Assembly (NCBI GenBank): GCA_016926875.1
Contig: JAFGNU010000060.1
Span: forward strand, 468 to 64,467
DNA: 64,000 bases
Reading direction: 5' to 3'
DNA from: Anaerolineae bacterium
GTDB taxonomy: Bacteria > Chloroflexota > Anaerolineae > Aggregatilineales > Aggregatilineaceae
Position 1 is the first letter of the stretch, and every line of letters starts with the position of its first letter. Position numbers and translations under genes: made by a program. This document shows positions 18,179 to 26,615 of the stretch, in pieces. The notes below the pieces were generated by a model, which did no database searches, was not told the DNA's origin, and saw only the letters and a program-made list of their open reading frames with translations.

Positions 18179-19417
18179 ATGCGCTTGTTCATCAGCTACG
18201 CACACGTTGATCGACCGCTGGTCGCGCAGTTAGTGTCGATTCTGCGCGCGGGTGGCTGCGATCCCTGGTTCGATCACCGCCTGCTGCCCGGCCAGGACTG
18301 GCAGGCCGAACTGCTGCGCGCGATCCGGGCGTGCGATGGCTTCGTCTATGCCCTGACGCCGGAGTCGGTCGCGTCCGAGTGGTGCCGCTGGGAGTTCGCG
18401 GAGGCGGTCAAGCTGGGTAAGCCGGTCGTGCCGGTGCTGCTGCAAGCGGGAACCCAACTGCCGGATGCATTGATCCGCCTGCAATACGCCGATTTTTCGG
18501 ACGGGGCAACACCAGAGGCGGTCGCGGCGCTGATGGGCGGCCTGACACGTATTGCTGTGCGCCTCAAGCCTGGCGACGTCCCGCCCGCGCCGAGCCAGCC
18601 GCGCGGCGTTCCCGCCCAGGCGCAGCCACCCGCACCCGACCGCCTGCCGTTTGAACCGGAGACGGTGCTGATCCCGGCGGGGCCATTTTTGATGGGCAGC
18701 GACCCGGCCAAAGACCCAAATGCAATAGAAAACGAGCAGCCGCAGCACACGGTCACGCTGCCGGACTACCGCATCGGCAGGTACCCGGTCACGGTGGGTG
18801 AATACCGGGCCTTTGTCGAGGCGGGCGGCTACCGGGAGCGGCGCTGGTGGACGGACGCGGGCTGGCGCGTGCGCGGCAAGGAAAGCTGGACCGCGCCGCG
18901 TTACTGGGATGATAAGAAGTGGACCGGCGATGACCGGCTGCCGGTGGTGGGCGTAAGCTGGTACGAGGCTTACGCGTACTGCCGCTGGCTGGCGGCGCAG
19001 ACGGGCCGGACCTACCGCTTGCCAACCGAGGCCGAGTGGGAAAAGGCGGCCAGGGGGCCGGATGGACAGATTTATCCCTGGGGCGATGCGTGGCGCGACG
19101 GGCTGTGCAATACGTGGGAAGCGAAGATCAAGCGCACCACACCGGTTGGGCAGTACTACCCGGCGGACAGCCCGTATGGCGTAGCGGATATGGCGGGCAA
19201 TGTGTGGGAGTGGTGTATGACGAAATGGCGGGGCGGCTATCAGAAGGCGCCGGACGATGACCCGGACGGTGATTTCGCGCGGGTGCTGCGGGGCGGCTCG
19301 TGGGGCTACGACTTTCACCGCGCGCGCTGCGCCGTCCGCAACATCTACAACCCGCACTACTGGAACTACCACTTCGGGTTTCGGTGTGTGTGCGCTGTCC
19401 CGTCTGATCCCGCCTGA
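18179..19417 (+). CDS. TIR domain / FGE-sulfatase fusion protein, paralogue 2
   Basis: SD AAGGGGG before the ATG at 18179. TIR segment: MRLFISYAHVDR...FVYALTPESVASEWCRWEFAEAV (SxWCxxE). FGE segment: RIGRYPVTVGEYRAFV ... MAGNVWEWC ... RGGSW ... GFR. Confidence 0.85.
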   Translation: MRLFISYAHVDRPLVAQLVSILRAGGCDPWFDHRLLPGQDWQAELLRAIRACDGFVYALTPESVASEWCRWEFAEAVKLGKPVVPVLLQAGTQLPDALIRLQYADFSDGATPEAVAALMGGLTRIAVRLKPGDVPPAPSQPRGVPAQAQPPAPDRLPFEPETVLIPAGPFLMGSDPAKDPNAIENEQPQHTVTLPDYRIGRYPVTVGEYRAFVEAGGYRERRWWTDAGWRVRGKESWTAPRYWDDKKWTGDDRLPVVGVSWYEAYAYCRWLAAQTGRTYRLPTEAEWEKAARGPDGQIYPWGDAWRDGLCNTWEAKIKRTTPVGQYYPADSPYGVADMAGNVWEWCMTKWRGGYQKAPDDDPDGDFARVLRGGSWGYDFHRARCAVRNIYNPHYWNYHFGFRCVCAVPSDPA

Positions 19418-19442
19418 GCACCTGTCAAAATCCACAAAGGCG

Positions 19443-19471
19443 TTGGCAAATGGTCCGCCATGCTTTATAAT
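19443..19471 (+). promoter_or_regulatory. sigma-70-type promoter for the cysK leader
   Basis: TTGGCA (19443-19448), a 17-nt spacer, then TATAAT (19466-19471). Confidence 0.5.
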
Positions 19472-19526
19472 ACGCTTAGAACCGCTATTTAAGCAGATGA
19501 GTATCGTGTAAAAGGTTGTACATCGC

Positions 19527-19607
19527 ATGAACCGCACCCGGATTTGCTCCTGTACATGTTTGGCGACAATCAAGGCGCAGCGCTTGGGGTGTGGTGCGAT
19601 GGGTTGA
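19527..19607 (+). CDS. candidate Cys-rich leader peptide (26 codons)
   Basis: The ORF from the ATG reads MNRTRICSCTCLATIKAQRLGCGAMG*, with three Cys in codons 7-11. It lies between the promoter and an intrinsic terminator upstream of cysK. The SD is weak (AAAGG). Confidence 0.35.
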   Translation: MNRTRICSCTCLATIKAQRLGCGAMG

Positions 19608-19639
19608 ATGCGGCTGTAGGTCAGGTCAGGCAAACTCGG

Positions 19640-19668
19640 CGGTCACGCAGCAAGCGTGGCCGTTTTTT
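19640..19668 (+). terminator. intrinsic terminator in the cysK leader
   Basis: CGGTCACGC (19640-19648), loop AGCAA, GCGTGGCCG (19654-19662): 9 bp with one G-U pair. Followed by TTTTTTATTTGGTTT. Confidence 0.6.
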
Positions 19669-19739
19669 ATTTGGTTTATACAGCACGGCGGCGCGCTGCC
19701 GTGCGACTCAATGAGCGAGGTGGAAAGGGAAATTATCTC

Positions 19740-20669
19740 ATGCGCATTGCAGACAACGTCACCCAGTTGGTGGGCAATACGCCGCTGGTGCGGCTGAACC
19801 GCGTGGTCGGGGATGCGGGCGCGACAGTCGCCGCCAAGCTGGAATTCTTCAACCCGGCGCACAGCGTCAAGGATCGCATCGGCTTAGCCATGATCGAAGC
19901 CGCCGAGCGCGACGGCCTGGTCGGGCCGGATACGCTGATCGTGGAGTCAACCAGCGGCAACACCGGCATCGGGCTGGCGATGGTCTGCGCCCAGCGCGGC
20001 TACCGGCTGGTGCTGACTATGCCCGACACGCTGAGCATTGAGCGGCGCAAGGTGCTGCAAGCCTTCGGCGCGGAGCTGATCCTGACGCCCGGCGCAGAGG
20101 GTATGCAGGGCGCGATTGCTAAAGCGGAGCAGATGGCCGCCGAGAATCCGAACGTCTTCATCCCGCAGCAGTTCCAGAATCCGGCCAATCCCGACGCGCA
20201 CCGCCGCACCACCGCCGAGGAAATCTGGCGCGACACCGACGGGCAGGTCGATATCCTGGTGGCGGGCGTGGGCACGGGCGGCACGATCACCGGGACGGGC
20301 GAGGTGCTCAAGGCGCGCAAGCCGTCGGTGCAGGTGATCGCGGTCGAACCGGCGGGATCGCCGGTGCTGTCCGGCGGGGAGAAGGGCAGCCACCCGATCC
20401 AGGGCATCGGCGCGGGTTTTGTGCCGGACGTGCTGAACACGGACATCTACGACGAGATCATCACGGTAACGGGAGAGGACACGTTCCGCATGGCGCGGCG
20501 TTTGGCAACCGAGGAGGGCTTGCTGGTCGGCATCTCGTCCGGCGCGGCAACGTGGGCGGCGGTCCAGGTGGCGCAGCGCCCGGAAAACGCGGGCAAGCTG
20601 ATCGTGGTCATCATCCCGTCGTTTGGCGAACGCTATCTCTCGACGGACTTATACGCCGATCTGGCATAG
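19740..20669 (+). CDS. cysK: cysteine synthase A (O-acetylserine sulfhydrylase)
   Basis: [29 protein letters not shown] (PLP lysine), [10 protein letters not shown] and [19 protein letters not shown]. Confidence 0.93.
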   Translation: MRIADNVTQLVGNTPLVRLNRVVGDAGATVAAKLEFFNPAHSVKDRIGLAMIEAAERDGLVGPDTLIVESTSGNTGIGLAMVCAQRGYRLVLTMPDTLSIERRKVLQAFGAELILTPGAEGMQGAIAKAEQMAAENPNVFIPQQFQNPANPDAHRRTTAEEIWRDTDGQVDILVAGVGTGGTITGTGEVLKARKPSVQVIAVEPAGSPVLSGGEKGSHPIQGIGAGFVPDVLNTDIYDEIITVTGEDTFRMARRLATEEGLLVGISSGAATWAAVQVAQRPENAGKLIVVIIPSFGERYLSTDLYADLA

Positions 20670-20744
20670 AGCGGTTGGCGACTGGCAGTTAGCGGGTGGC
20701 AGTTGGCACCTGAAGCCGACGGCTAACCGATGGAGGAGGGACGC

Positions 20745-21491
20745 ATGTTTAATACAATCCGCGAGGACATTACTTGCACACTGGAACGCGATCCAGCGGC
20801 TCGTAACTGGCTGGAAATCGTCACGTCCTATTCTGGACTGCACGCGATCTGGCTGCACCGGCTGGCGCACCGGCTGTGGCGTGCGCGGCTGAAGCTGCTG
20901 GCGCGCTGGCTGTCACAGTTTTCGCGCTTTTTAACCGGGATCGAGATTCACCCCGGCGCGCAAATAGGACCGCGTTTCTTCATCGATCACGGCATGGGCG
21001 TGGTGATCGGCGAAACGACGGAGATCGGGGCCGACGTGACGCTGTATCACGGCGTGACACTCGGCGGTGTGAGACTGGAACCCGGCAAGCGCCACCCGAC
21101 CATCGAGGACGGCGTGGTGATCGGTGCCGGGGCGAAGGTGTTAGGAGCGATTACGGTGGGCAAAAATACACGTATCGGGGCGAACGCGGTGGTGGTCAAG
21201 GACGTGGGGCCGGATATGGTCGTGGTGGGTGTGCCGGGCAAGCCAGTTCACCGCGCGGGTCCACAGCCAACCGCCCACAAACCGGACCTGGATCACAACG
21301 TCCTGCCGGATGTTTTGTCCGTGCGGCTGGACCGCATCCTGGAACGCCTGGACGAGGTCGAGCACGCGATCTATGTCAACGGGTCGCGCAACGGACACGG
21401 TGGCAGCGAGAACCGGAGCGGCAGTGAGCACGTGGGACAGGAAGAAAGCCGCGCGCCCGAACCCGACCCGGAGCCGGACTATATGATCTGA
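20745..21491 (+). CDS. cysE: serine O-acetyltransferase
   Basis: [20 protein letters not shown] and hexapeptide repeats [31 protein letters not shown]. The long C-terminal tail ends in ...DYMI; a terminal Ile is the residue that docks into CysK in cysteine synthase complexes. Confidence 0.9.
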   Translation: MFNTIREDITCTLERDPAARNWLEIVTSYSGLHAIWLHRLAHRLWRARLKLLARWLSQFSRFLTGIEIHPGAQIGPRFFIDHGMGVVIGETTEIGADVTLYHGVTLGGVRLEPGKRHPTIEDGVVIGAGAKVLGAITVGKNTRIGANAVVVKDVGPDMVVVGVPGKPVHRAGPQPTAHKPDLDHNVLPDVLSVRLDRILERLDEVEHAIYVNGSRNGHGGSENRSGSEHVGQEESRAPEPDPEPDYMI

Positions 21492-21494
21492 CGG

Positions 21495-23069
21495 TTACCG
21501 CTCTGCCGCGATGCGCCACACGGCGACCGTTTTGCCGCCGCGCGGGCGGTCGACAGCAAAGACCAGTTCCCAGGTGTACGGGGGCGTCTGCGGCGGCGCG
21601 TCGAGCGGGGTGTGCTCGGTGTAGTCGGTGACCAGGTAGACGAACGGCCACGTGTCCGCCGCGTCATAGACGGGCGTCCAGGCGCGCACGTCGGCGGGCA
21701 TGTTGTCGGTTGGGACGTGCTGGCGGTCGATGCACGTCCAGGCGAATTCATCCGTGAGATGCAGCGCGATGCTGCCACAGTGGCGCAGCACACCGACCGC
21801 CGGAATCCGCCCGCCGATACGGTCCCCGTGATCGCGCAGATAATCCAGCGCGTCGCGCGTGCCCCAGCCCGCAAACGGCCCGGAGATGTAGCTGCTCACG
21901 TCGCGCTCCGGCAGATGCAGCGCCGCCGGGTTGTGGCTGGCGTCGTAGGCGAACGGCAGCGCAAAGCCGACCGCCCACAGGCCGATCCCCCCGGCGATCA
22001 GTGCGCCTGCGAACCGGGGTGCCAGGGGTCGGGTGATCTCTGCGATCCCGCCGCTAATGAGGACAGCCAACGCCGGGACGCCCGCTGCCAGGTAGCGCGT
22101 CTGGACCGGGCTGCCGAGGATCACACTTGGCCCCCACAGCGCCAGCAGCCAGACCAGCACGTACAGCCCCGCCGCCGTCCGCCGTCGCAGCAGCACCAGC
22201 GTACAGCCCACCAACACGAGCGCCCCCGGTGATGAGAGCAGGATCACTACGCCGTCAAGTGTATCGCGCAGGTTCTCGGTCAGGTCGGTGATACCCGGTT
22301 CGCCGTCCACTAAATAGCTATCGATCACATTTGTACTGCCGCTGGCGTGGGCATCGGCCAGCAGCCCCAGCGCGTATCCGCTCCACACCAGCGCCCAGCC
22401 GATCAGCACGGCGATCAGCGGGCGGAGAACGGCCTTCCCCCTCAAACGCCAGCCCTCACTCACCCCGGCGGTGGGTCGCCCTTGTCGCCGTAACAGCACC
22501 AGCGCGATCAGTGGCAGGACTACCACGCCCAGCGTTGTAAGTTTTGCCAGCGCAGTCAGGCCTGCCAGCAGCCCGACCGCCAGCCCGCGCCGGACGGTCG
22601 GTTTGCGGGCTAAGCGAATGCTGCCCCAGGCCGTCAGCGCGGCCAGCGCCCCGGCGAACGGGTCCGCCAGCGCCAGCCGTTCGAAAAACAGCGCGTAAGG
22701 GGCCAGCGCGTACAGCGCCAGCGTTGGCACTGCCGCCCGCCGTCCGAACAGGTCCCGTGCCGTGGCAGCAGCAGCGGCGCTCCCGATCAATGAAAACAAC
22801 CCGATCGCGATCCGTGCCAGGGCCAGTTCCGAATCACCGCCCAGGCCAAACAGCCCCAGCCAGTAATATAACAGCAGCTTGCCATGACTGAAGCTGACCG
22901 GGTTTTGATCGAAGTCATAGACCACCGCCGCGCGGCGGATGTGGTGGTGTTCGTCCACAAAAGCGGACTGCAACGCCGGGTGATGGCAACGCAGGGCGAA
23001 TTGCACGATCAGCAGGGCGACGATCAGGGGTAGGGCGGACGTGCGCCGGGGGAGAACGGTTCGAGTCAT
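21495..23069 (-). CDS. GT-C fold (ArnT/PMT-like, family 39/83-type) membrane glycosyltransferase, paralogue 1
   Basis: Polytopic protein. The first-loop acidic motif FVDEHHHIRR is followed by SHGKLLLYYWLGLF. About 65% identical to paralogue 2 over the N-terminal half. The ATG at 23069 aligns with the paralogue starts; the ORF is open to a TTG at 23117. Confidence 0.78.
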   Translation of the reverse strand: MTRTVLPRRTSALPLIVALLIVQFALRCHHPALQSAFVDEHHHIRRAAVVYDFDQNPVSFSHGKLLLYYWLGLFGLGGDSELALARIAIGLFSLIGSAAAAATARDLFGRRAAVPTLALYALAPYALFFERLALADPFAGALAALTAWGSIRLARKPTVRRGLAVGLLAGLTALAKLTTLGVVVLPLIALVLLRRQGRPTAGVSEGWRLRGKAVLRPLIAVLIGWALVWSGYALGLLADAHASGSTNVIDSYLVDGEPGITDLTENLRDTLDGVVILLSSPGALVLVGCTLVLLRRRTAAGLYVLVWLLALWGPSVILGSPVQTRYLAAGVPALAVLISGGIAEITRPLAPRFAGALIAGGIGLWAVGFALPFAYDASHNPAALHLPERDVSSYISGPFAGWGTRDALDYLRDHGDRIGGRIPAVGVLRHCGSIALHLTDEFAWTCIDRQHVPTDNMPADVRAWTPVYDAADTWPFVYLVTDYTEHTPLDAPPQTPPYTWELVFAVDRPRGGKTVAVWRIAAER

Positions 23070-23131
23070 CCAGTCGTTTACCTGTGCTGCAACGCGTTCT
23101 GTGTAAACCAGACCCAAATAACCGCCCGCCA

Positions 23132-23166
23132 GAAAAAAACGCCCTGCATCAGTTTGACACAGGGCG
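23132..23166 (-). terminator. intrinsic terminator of cspA
   Basis: Minus strand: CGCCCTG, a 13-nt loop, CAGGGCG, then TTTTTTT. Lies 23 nt after the cspA stop. Confidence 0.65.
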
Positions 23167-23188
23167 TATGGCTAGCTTGCGTTAGTGC

Positions 23189-23407
23189 TTAGTTGCTTGC
23201 ACGCCTTACCTGGCTGGCCTGCGGGCCTTTTTGACCCTGAGTGACCACGAAAGTAACATGCTCACCCTCGGCAAGTTCGCGGTAACCTTCGCTCTGGATC
23301 TCGCTGTGATGCACGAACACATCCGGAGCACCTTCACGCTCAATGAACCCAAAACCCTTCTGGGCATTGAACCACTTCACGATACCACTTTCACGTTCTT
23401 CAGACAT
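23189..23407 (-). CDS. cspA: cold-shock protein (CspA family)
   Basis: [30 protein letters not shown] carries the RNP1 motif KGFGFI and the RNP2 motif VFVHH. Confidence 0.95.
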   Translation of the reverse strand: MSEERESGIVKWFNAQKGFGFIEREGAPDVFVHHSEIQSEGYRELAEGEHVTFVVTQGQKGPQASQVRRASN

Positions 23408-23469
23408 TTGGGGATTTCCTTCCCACTAAAATTGGTTTGGTGTCGTGGGAATGGAGTTGCTTAGGGGAG

Positions 23470-23504
23470 AAAAAAACCCAGCGCCCTGGTTCAGTTGCGC
23501 TGGG
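23470..23504 (-). terminator. intrinsic-terminator-like hairpin inside the cspA 5' leader
   Basis: Minus strand: CCCAGCGC, a 12-nt loop, GCGCTGGG, then TTTTTTT (23470-23476). Lies about 63 nt upstream of the cspA ATG and downstream of the predicted cspA promoter. Confidence 0.55.
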
Positions 23505-23549
23505 GATTGATATCCTGTCCTGCGAACAACCTTTTCCACTACAAAGATA

Positions 23550-23577
23550 ATTATACCCCAGTTTTTTTAAACGGCAA
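23550..23577 (-). promoter_or_regulatory. candidate cspA promoter
   Basis: Minus strand: TTGCCG (23577-23572), a 16-nt spacer, then TATAAT (23555-23550). Confidence 0.4.
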
Positions 23578-23686
23578 TATTGGTTTTTGTATTAGGGGTG
23601 TAGCCCAAATCTTGACCGAGATGTGGGGGGGCATAATGCCCAGAACTGCTGCCGCGCCGGTTCCACAACCATCACACAAGCGGCGG

Positions 23687-25303
23687 CTACTCCGCTGCCA
23701 CGCGCCACACGGCGACCGTGCGCCCGCCGTGCGGGTGCGCGAAGCTGTACACCAGGTCCCAGGCCAGCGGCGGATCGGCGGGCGGGGCGTCGAGCGGGAT
23801 GCGGTCGGTGTACTCGGTCAGCAGGTAGACAAACGGCCAGCGCTGCAAGCCGTCCATCAGCACATACCACTCGGACAGGTCAGCGGGCAGGCGCTTGTCC
23901 GGCATAAAGTCGTAGGGGTCCATGCAGTTCCAGGCAAAATCATCCGTCAGGTGCAGCGTCAGCGTGCCGCAGTGCAGGAAGACGCCCACGGCGGGCACAA
24001 TGCCGTCGAACCGCTCGCCGTTAGCGCGCAGGTAGTCCAGCCCTTGCTTGATACCCCACGTATTGAACGATCCCCGGAAGTAATCGTATTGATCTTTGTC
24101 GGGCAGATTCAGCGCCGCCGGGTCGGTCATGGCGTCCACGTTGAAGGGCAGCGCAAAACCTACCGCCCAGGGCACCAGCACGATCACCGCCAGCGCCGAC
24201 GTGGCGACCTGCGCCGCCCGCGTGTGCGAGATCGATGCCGACAGCCGCGCCGCGAGATCGCCCAGCACATCGCCTGCCGCCGCGATCCCGCCGCCGAACA
24301 CGACCGCCAGCGCCGGGACGCCCGCCATCAGGTAGCGCGACTGCACCGTGACGATCAGCGCAACGATGGGCACCCAGATCAACAGCAGCCAGACCAGCGC
24401 GTACAGTCCGCCGCGCGGACAGCGCCACAGCAGCAGCGGTATCATGCCCACCAGCAGCCACGCCAGCGCCGGGGAGATCAGCAGCGGCCCCCGTTCCAGG
24501 AACAACTCGACCTTGTCCAGCAGCGAACCGGCTTCGTTTTCGATCAGGTGCGCATCGATCAATAACGGCGTATCCCCTGCCAGCCGGTTCGCCAGCGCCG
24601 CGATCAGCACCGCGCCCCATACCACGCCGAAAACCGCGCCCGCCGCGATCCACGCCTCCCGGTTGCGCTGCCAGATCGCCCCGATCCAGGCGCGCAGATC
24701 GGCCCCGGTGCGCCCCGGTGGCCGGTCCGGGCCAAACAGCAGCACGCCGATCAGCGGCAGCGCCACAACCGGCGCGGTGGTCAGCTTGGCGAGCGGGGCA
24801 AAGGCCAGCACCAGCCCGGCCCACAGCCCGCGCTCTGCCGTTGGGCGGCGGACCAGGCGCAGACTCGCCCAGGCGGCCAGCGCCGCCAGCGCCCCGGCGA
24901 AGGGATCCGCCAGCGCCATCCGGTCAAAAAACACGGCGTAGGGCACCAGCGCGTAAAACGCCAGGGCCGGGATCATCGCCCGCCGCCCGAACAGGTCCCG
25001 CGCGACGGCGGCCAGCGCCGCGCCGCCCAGCAGCGTAAACAGCGCGTTGGCCGTGCGCGCCACCATCAGCCCTGCCGGGTCAAATGGGCGGAACAGCCCC
25101 AGCCAGTAGTACAGCAGCAGCTTGCCGTGACTGTAGCGGGCCGGGTTGGTGTCAAAATCGTAGACGATGCGGGCGCGCCGGATGTGGCTGTACTCGTCCA
25201 CAAAGGCGGGCAGTTCGGTGATGTTGTGCGCGCGCAGGATAAACTGCCCGATCAACAGCAGCACAATCAGCGCAAGATAGGCGCGGGAAAGCTTCGGACG
25301 CAT
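23687..25303 (-). CDS. GT-C fold membrane glycosyltransferase, paralogue 2
   Basis: FVDEYSHIRRARIVYDFDTNPARYSHGKLLLYYWLGLF. Polytopic. The C-terminal soluble domain ends GGRTVAVWRV. Confidence 0.8.
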   Translation of the reverse strand: MRPKLSRAYLALIVLLLIGQFILRAHNITELPAFVDEYSHIRRARIVYDFDTNPARYSHGKLLLYYWLGLFRPFDPAGLMVARTANALFTLLGGAALAAVARDLFGRRAMIPALAFYALVPYAVFFDRMALADPFAGALAALAAWASLRLVRRPTAERGLWAGLVLAFAPLAKLTTAPVVALPLIGVLLFGPDRPPGRTGADLRAWIGAIWQRNREAWIAAGAVFGVVWGAVLIAALANRLAGDTPLLIDAHLIENEAGSLLDKVELFLERGPLLISPALAWLLVGMIPLLLWRCPRGGLYALVWLLLIWVPIVALIVTVQSRYLMAGVPALAVVFGGGIAAAGDVLGDLAARLSASISHTRAAQVATSALAVIVLVPWAVGFALPFNVDAMTDPAALNLPDKDQYDYFRGSFNTWGIKQGLDYLRANGERFDGIVPAVGVFLHCGTLTLHLTDDFAWNCMDPYDFMPDKRLPADLSEWYVLMDGLQRWPFVYLLTEYTDRIPLDAPPADPPLAWDLVYSFAHPHGGRTVAVWRVAAE

Positions 25304-25445
25304 GGGGGGATGCTCCTGGCGTGTGCGTATGGTTCGGAATCCAACTTGGCGGCAAGCATACCATTGTGTGAGGCGGTGTCAAGCGTGGGGTAGGGTGGGG
25401 GTGCATCTCAAATCTGGGGCGACACCTGGCTAAGCGCTCGCTTGT

Positions 25446-25494
25446 GTAGGGGCAATGCTTGCATTGCCCAGGACAGAGCAAGCTCTGCCCCTAC
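25446..25494. repeat. REP-like compound hairpin (GTAGGGGC family)
   Basis: Outer arms GTAGGGGC (25446-25453) and GCCCCTAC (25487-25494). Inner perfect stem GGGCAATGC-TT-GCATTGCCC. Confidence 0.7.
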
Positions 25495-25815
25495 GAGATT
25501 GATCCTGCCCCGAATGTGGGATACACCCGTAGGGTGGTTGACAGGCAGCAGCGGTGTTCGCTAAAATGGGGACAAATGGCGCGATGGCGGGATGATCCCG
25601 CCTGTGTTGACAGGAAGGATGCCAATGGGCAGCAAGGTGACTACCCCTTAGTCCGGATCGGAACGGCCTGAGTGTATAATCCTTGTCGCCCCGCGTGACT
25701 TGTTTTTGCTGTCTGCCCACAGGTTGACAAACGCTGCACATGGCTGTCCCGGTGTGGCGTTTTTTGATTCCCGGCAGACAGCAAACGTAATCAGCAGCGG
25801 AAAGGAAGTTTGATC

Positions 25816-26583
25816 ATGCATACAACGCAAGCCAAAGACATGACCGTCACGATCTATGCCTGCCAGGAGCGCCCTGATCTGCAGGAGCAGGATTACCGTG
25901 AACTGGCGCCAGAATGGCCGACCTTCATGTTTCATGATCCCTATGCCGCCCAACACTACCCGACGATGTACGAGCGCTGTCCCGATTTCCAGTTCTACGT
26001 GGTGACCAAAGCGGACCGGGTCGTAGCGTCGGGCAACAGCATACCGCTGGTGTGGGATGGCACAGAGGATGACCTGCCCACCGGCTGGGATGACGGCCTG
26101 GCGCGCGGCGCACAGGGGGCGCTGGATGGCATCGCGCCCAATGCGTTGTGCGCCATCCAGGTGACGGTATCCAGCAAATTCCTGGGGCATGGACTGGGTG
26201 AGTTGGGTGTGCAAACGATGCTCAGGCTTGCGCGTGAGCACGGTTTCCACGCCCTGATCGCGCCGGTGCGCCCGACCGTCAAGGCTCAATACCCGCTCAC
26301 GCCGATGGAGCGCTATATCGCCTGGACGCGCGATGATGGGCAGTTGTTTGATCCCTGGATGCGTATTCACGTCAAGCTGGGCGCGCAGGTGATCAAGATC
26401 GCGCCCGAATCGATGAAGATTCCCGGCACCGTGGCCCAGTGGGAAGAATGGGCCGGGATGCAGTTCCCGGACAGCGGCCTGTATGTTGTGCCGGGCGCGC
26501 TGGTGCCCATTACGATAGACCGCGACCGGGACGAGGGCGTGTATATCGAGCCGAATGTGTGGATGGTCCACCGATTGGATTAA
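25816..26583 (+). CDS. putative GNAT-type acyltransferase
   Basis: SD AAAGGAAG lies 7 nt before the ATG at 25816. VSSKFLGHGLGELGVQTMLRLAREHG resembles the acetyl-CoA-binding Q/RxxGxG/A segment. The assignment is tentative. Confidence 0.5.
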   Translation: MHTTQAKDMTVTIYACQERPDLQEQDYRELAPEWPTFMFHDPYAAQHYPTMYERCPDFQFYVVTKADRVVASGNSIPLVWDGTEDDLPTGWDDGLARGAQGALDGIAPNALCAIQVTVSSKFLGHGLGELGVQTMLRLAREHGFHALIAPVRPTVKAQYPLTPMERYIAWTRDDGQLFDPWMRIHVKLGAQVIKIAPESMKIPGTVAQWEEWAGMQFPDSGLYVVPGALVPITIDRDRDEGVYIEPNVWMVHRLD

Positions 26584-26615
26584 GCCGCGCATGTGTAGAG
26601 GCGCGCCGGTGCGGA

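Noticed and set aside
19478-19739. T-box or S-box riboswitch as an explanation for the long cysK leader.
   Set aside because: I looked for the T-box consensus (AAUUAGGGUGGUACCGCG) and stem-I features. Only a weak resemblance is present (GGGGTGTGGTGCG), and no SAM-riboswitch core is evident. The Cys-rich uORF is the better-supported explanation, though a covariance-model scan is still needed.
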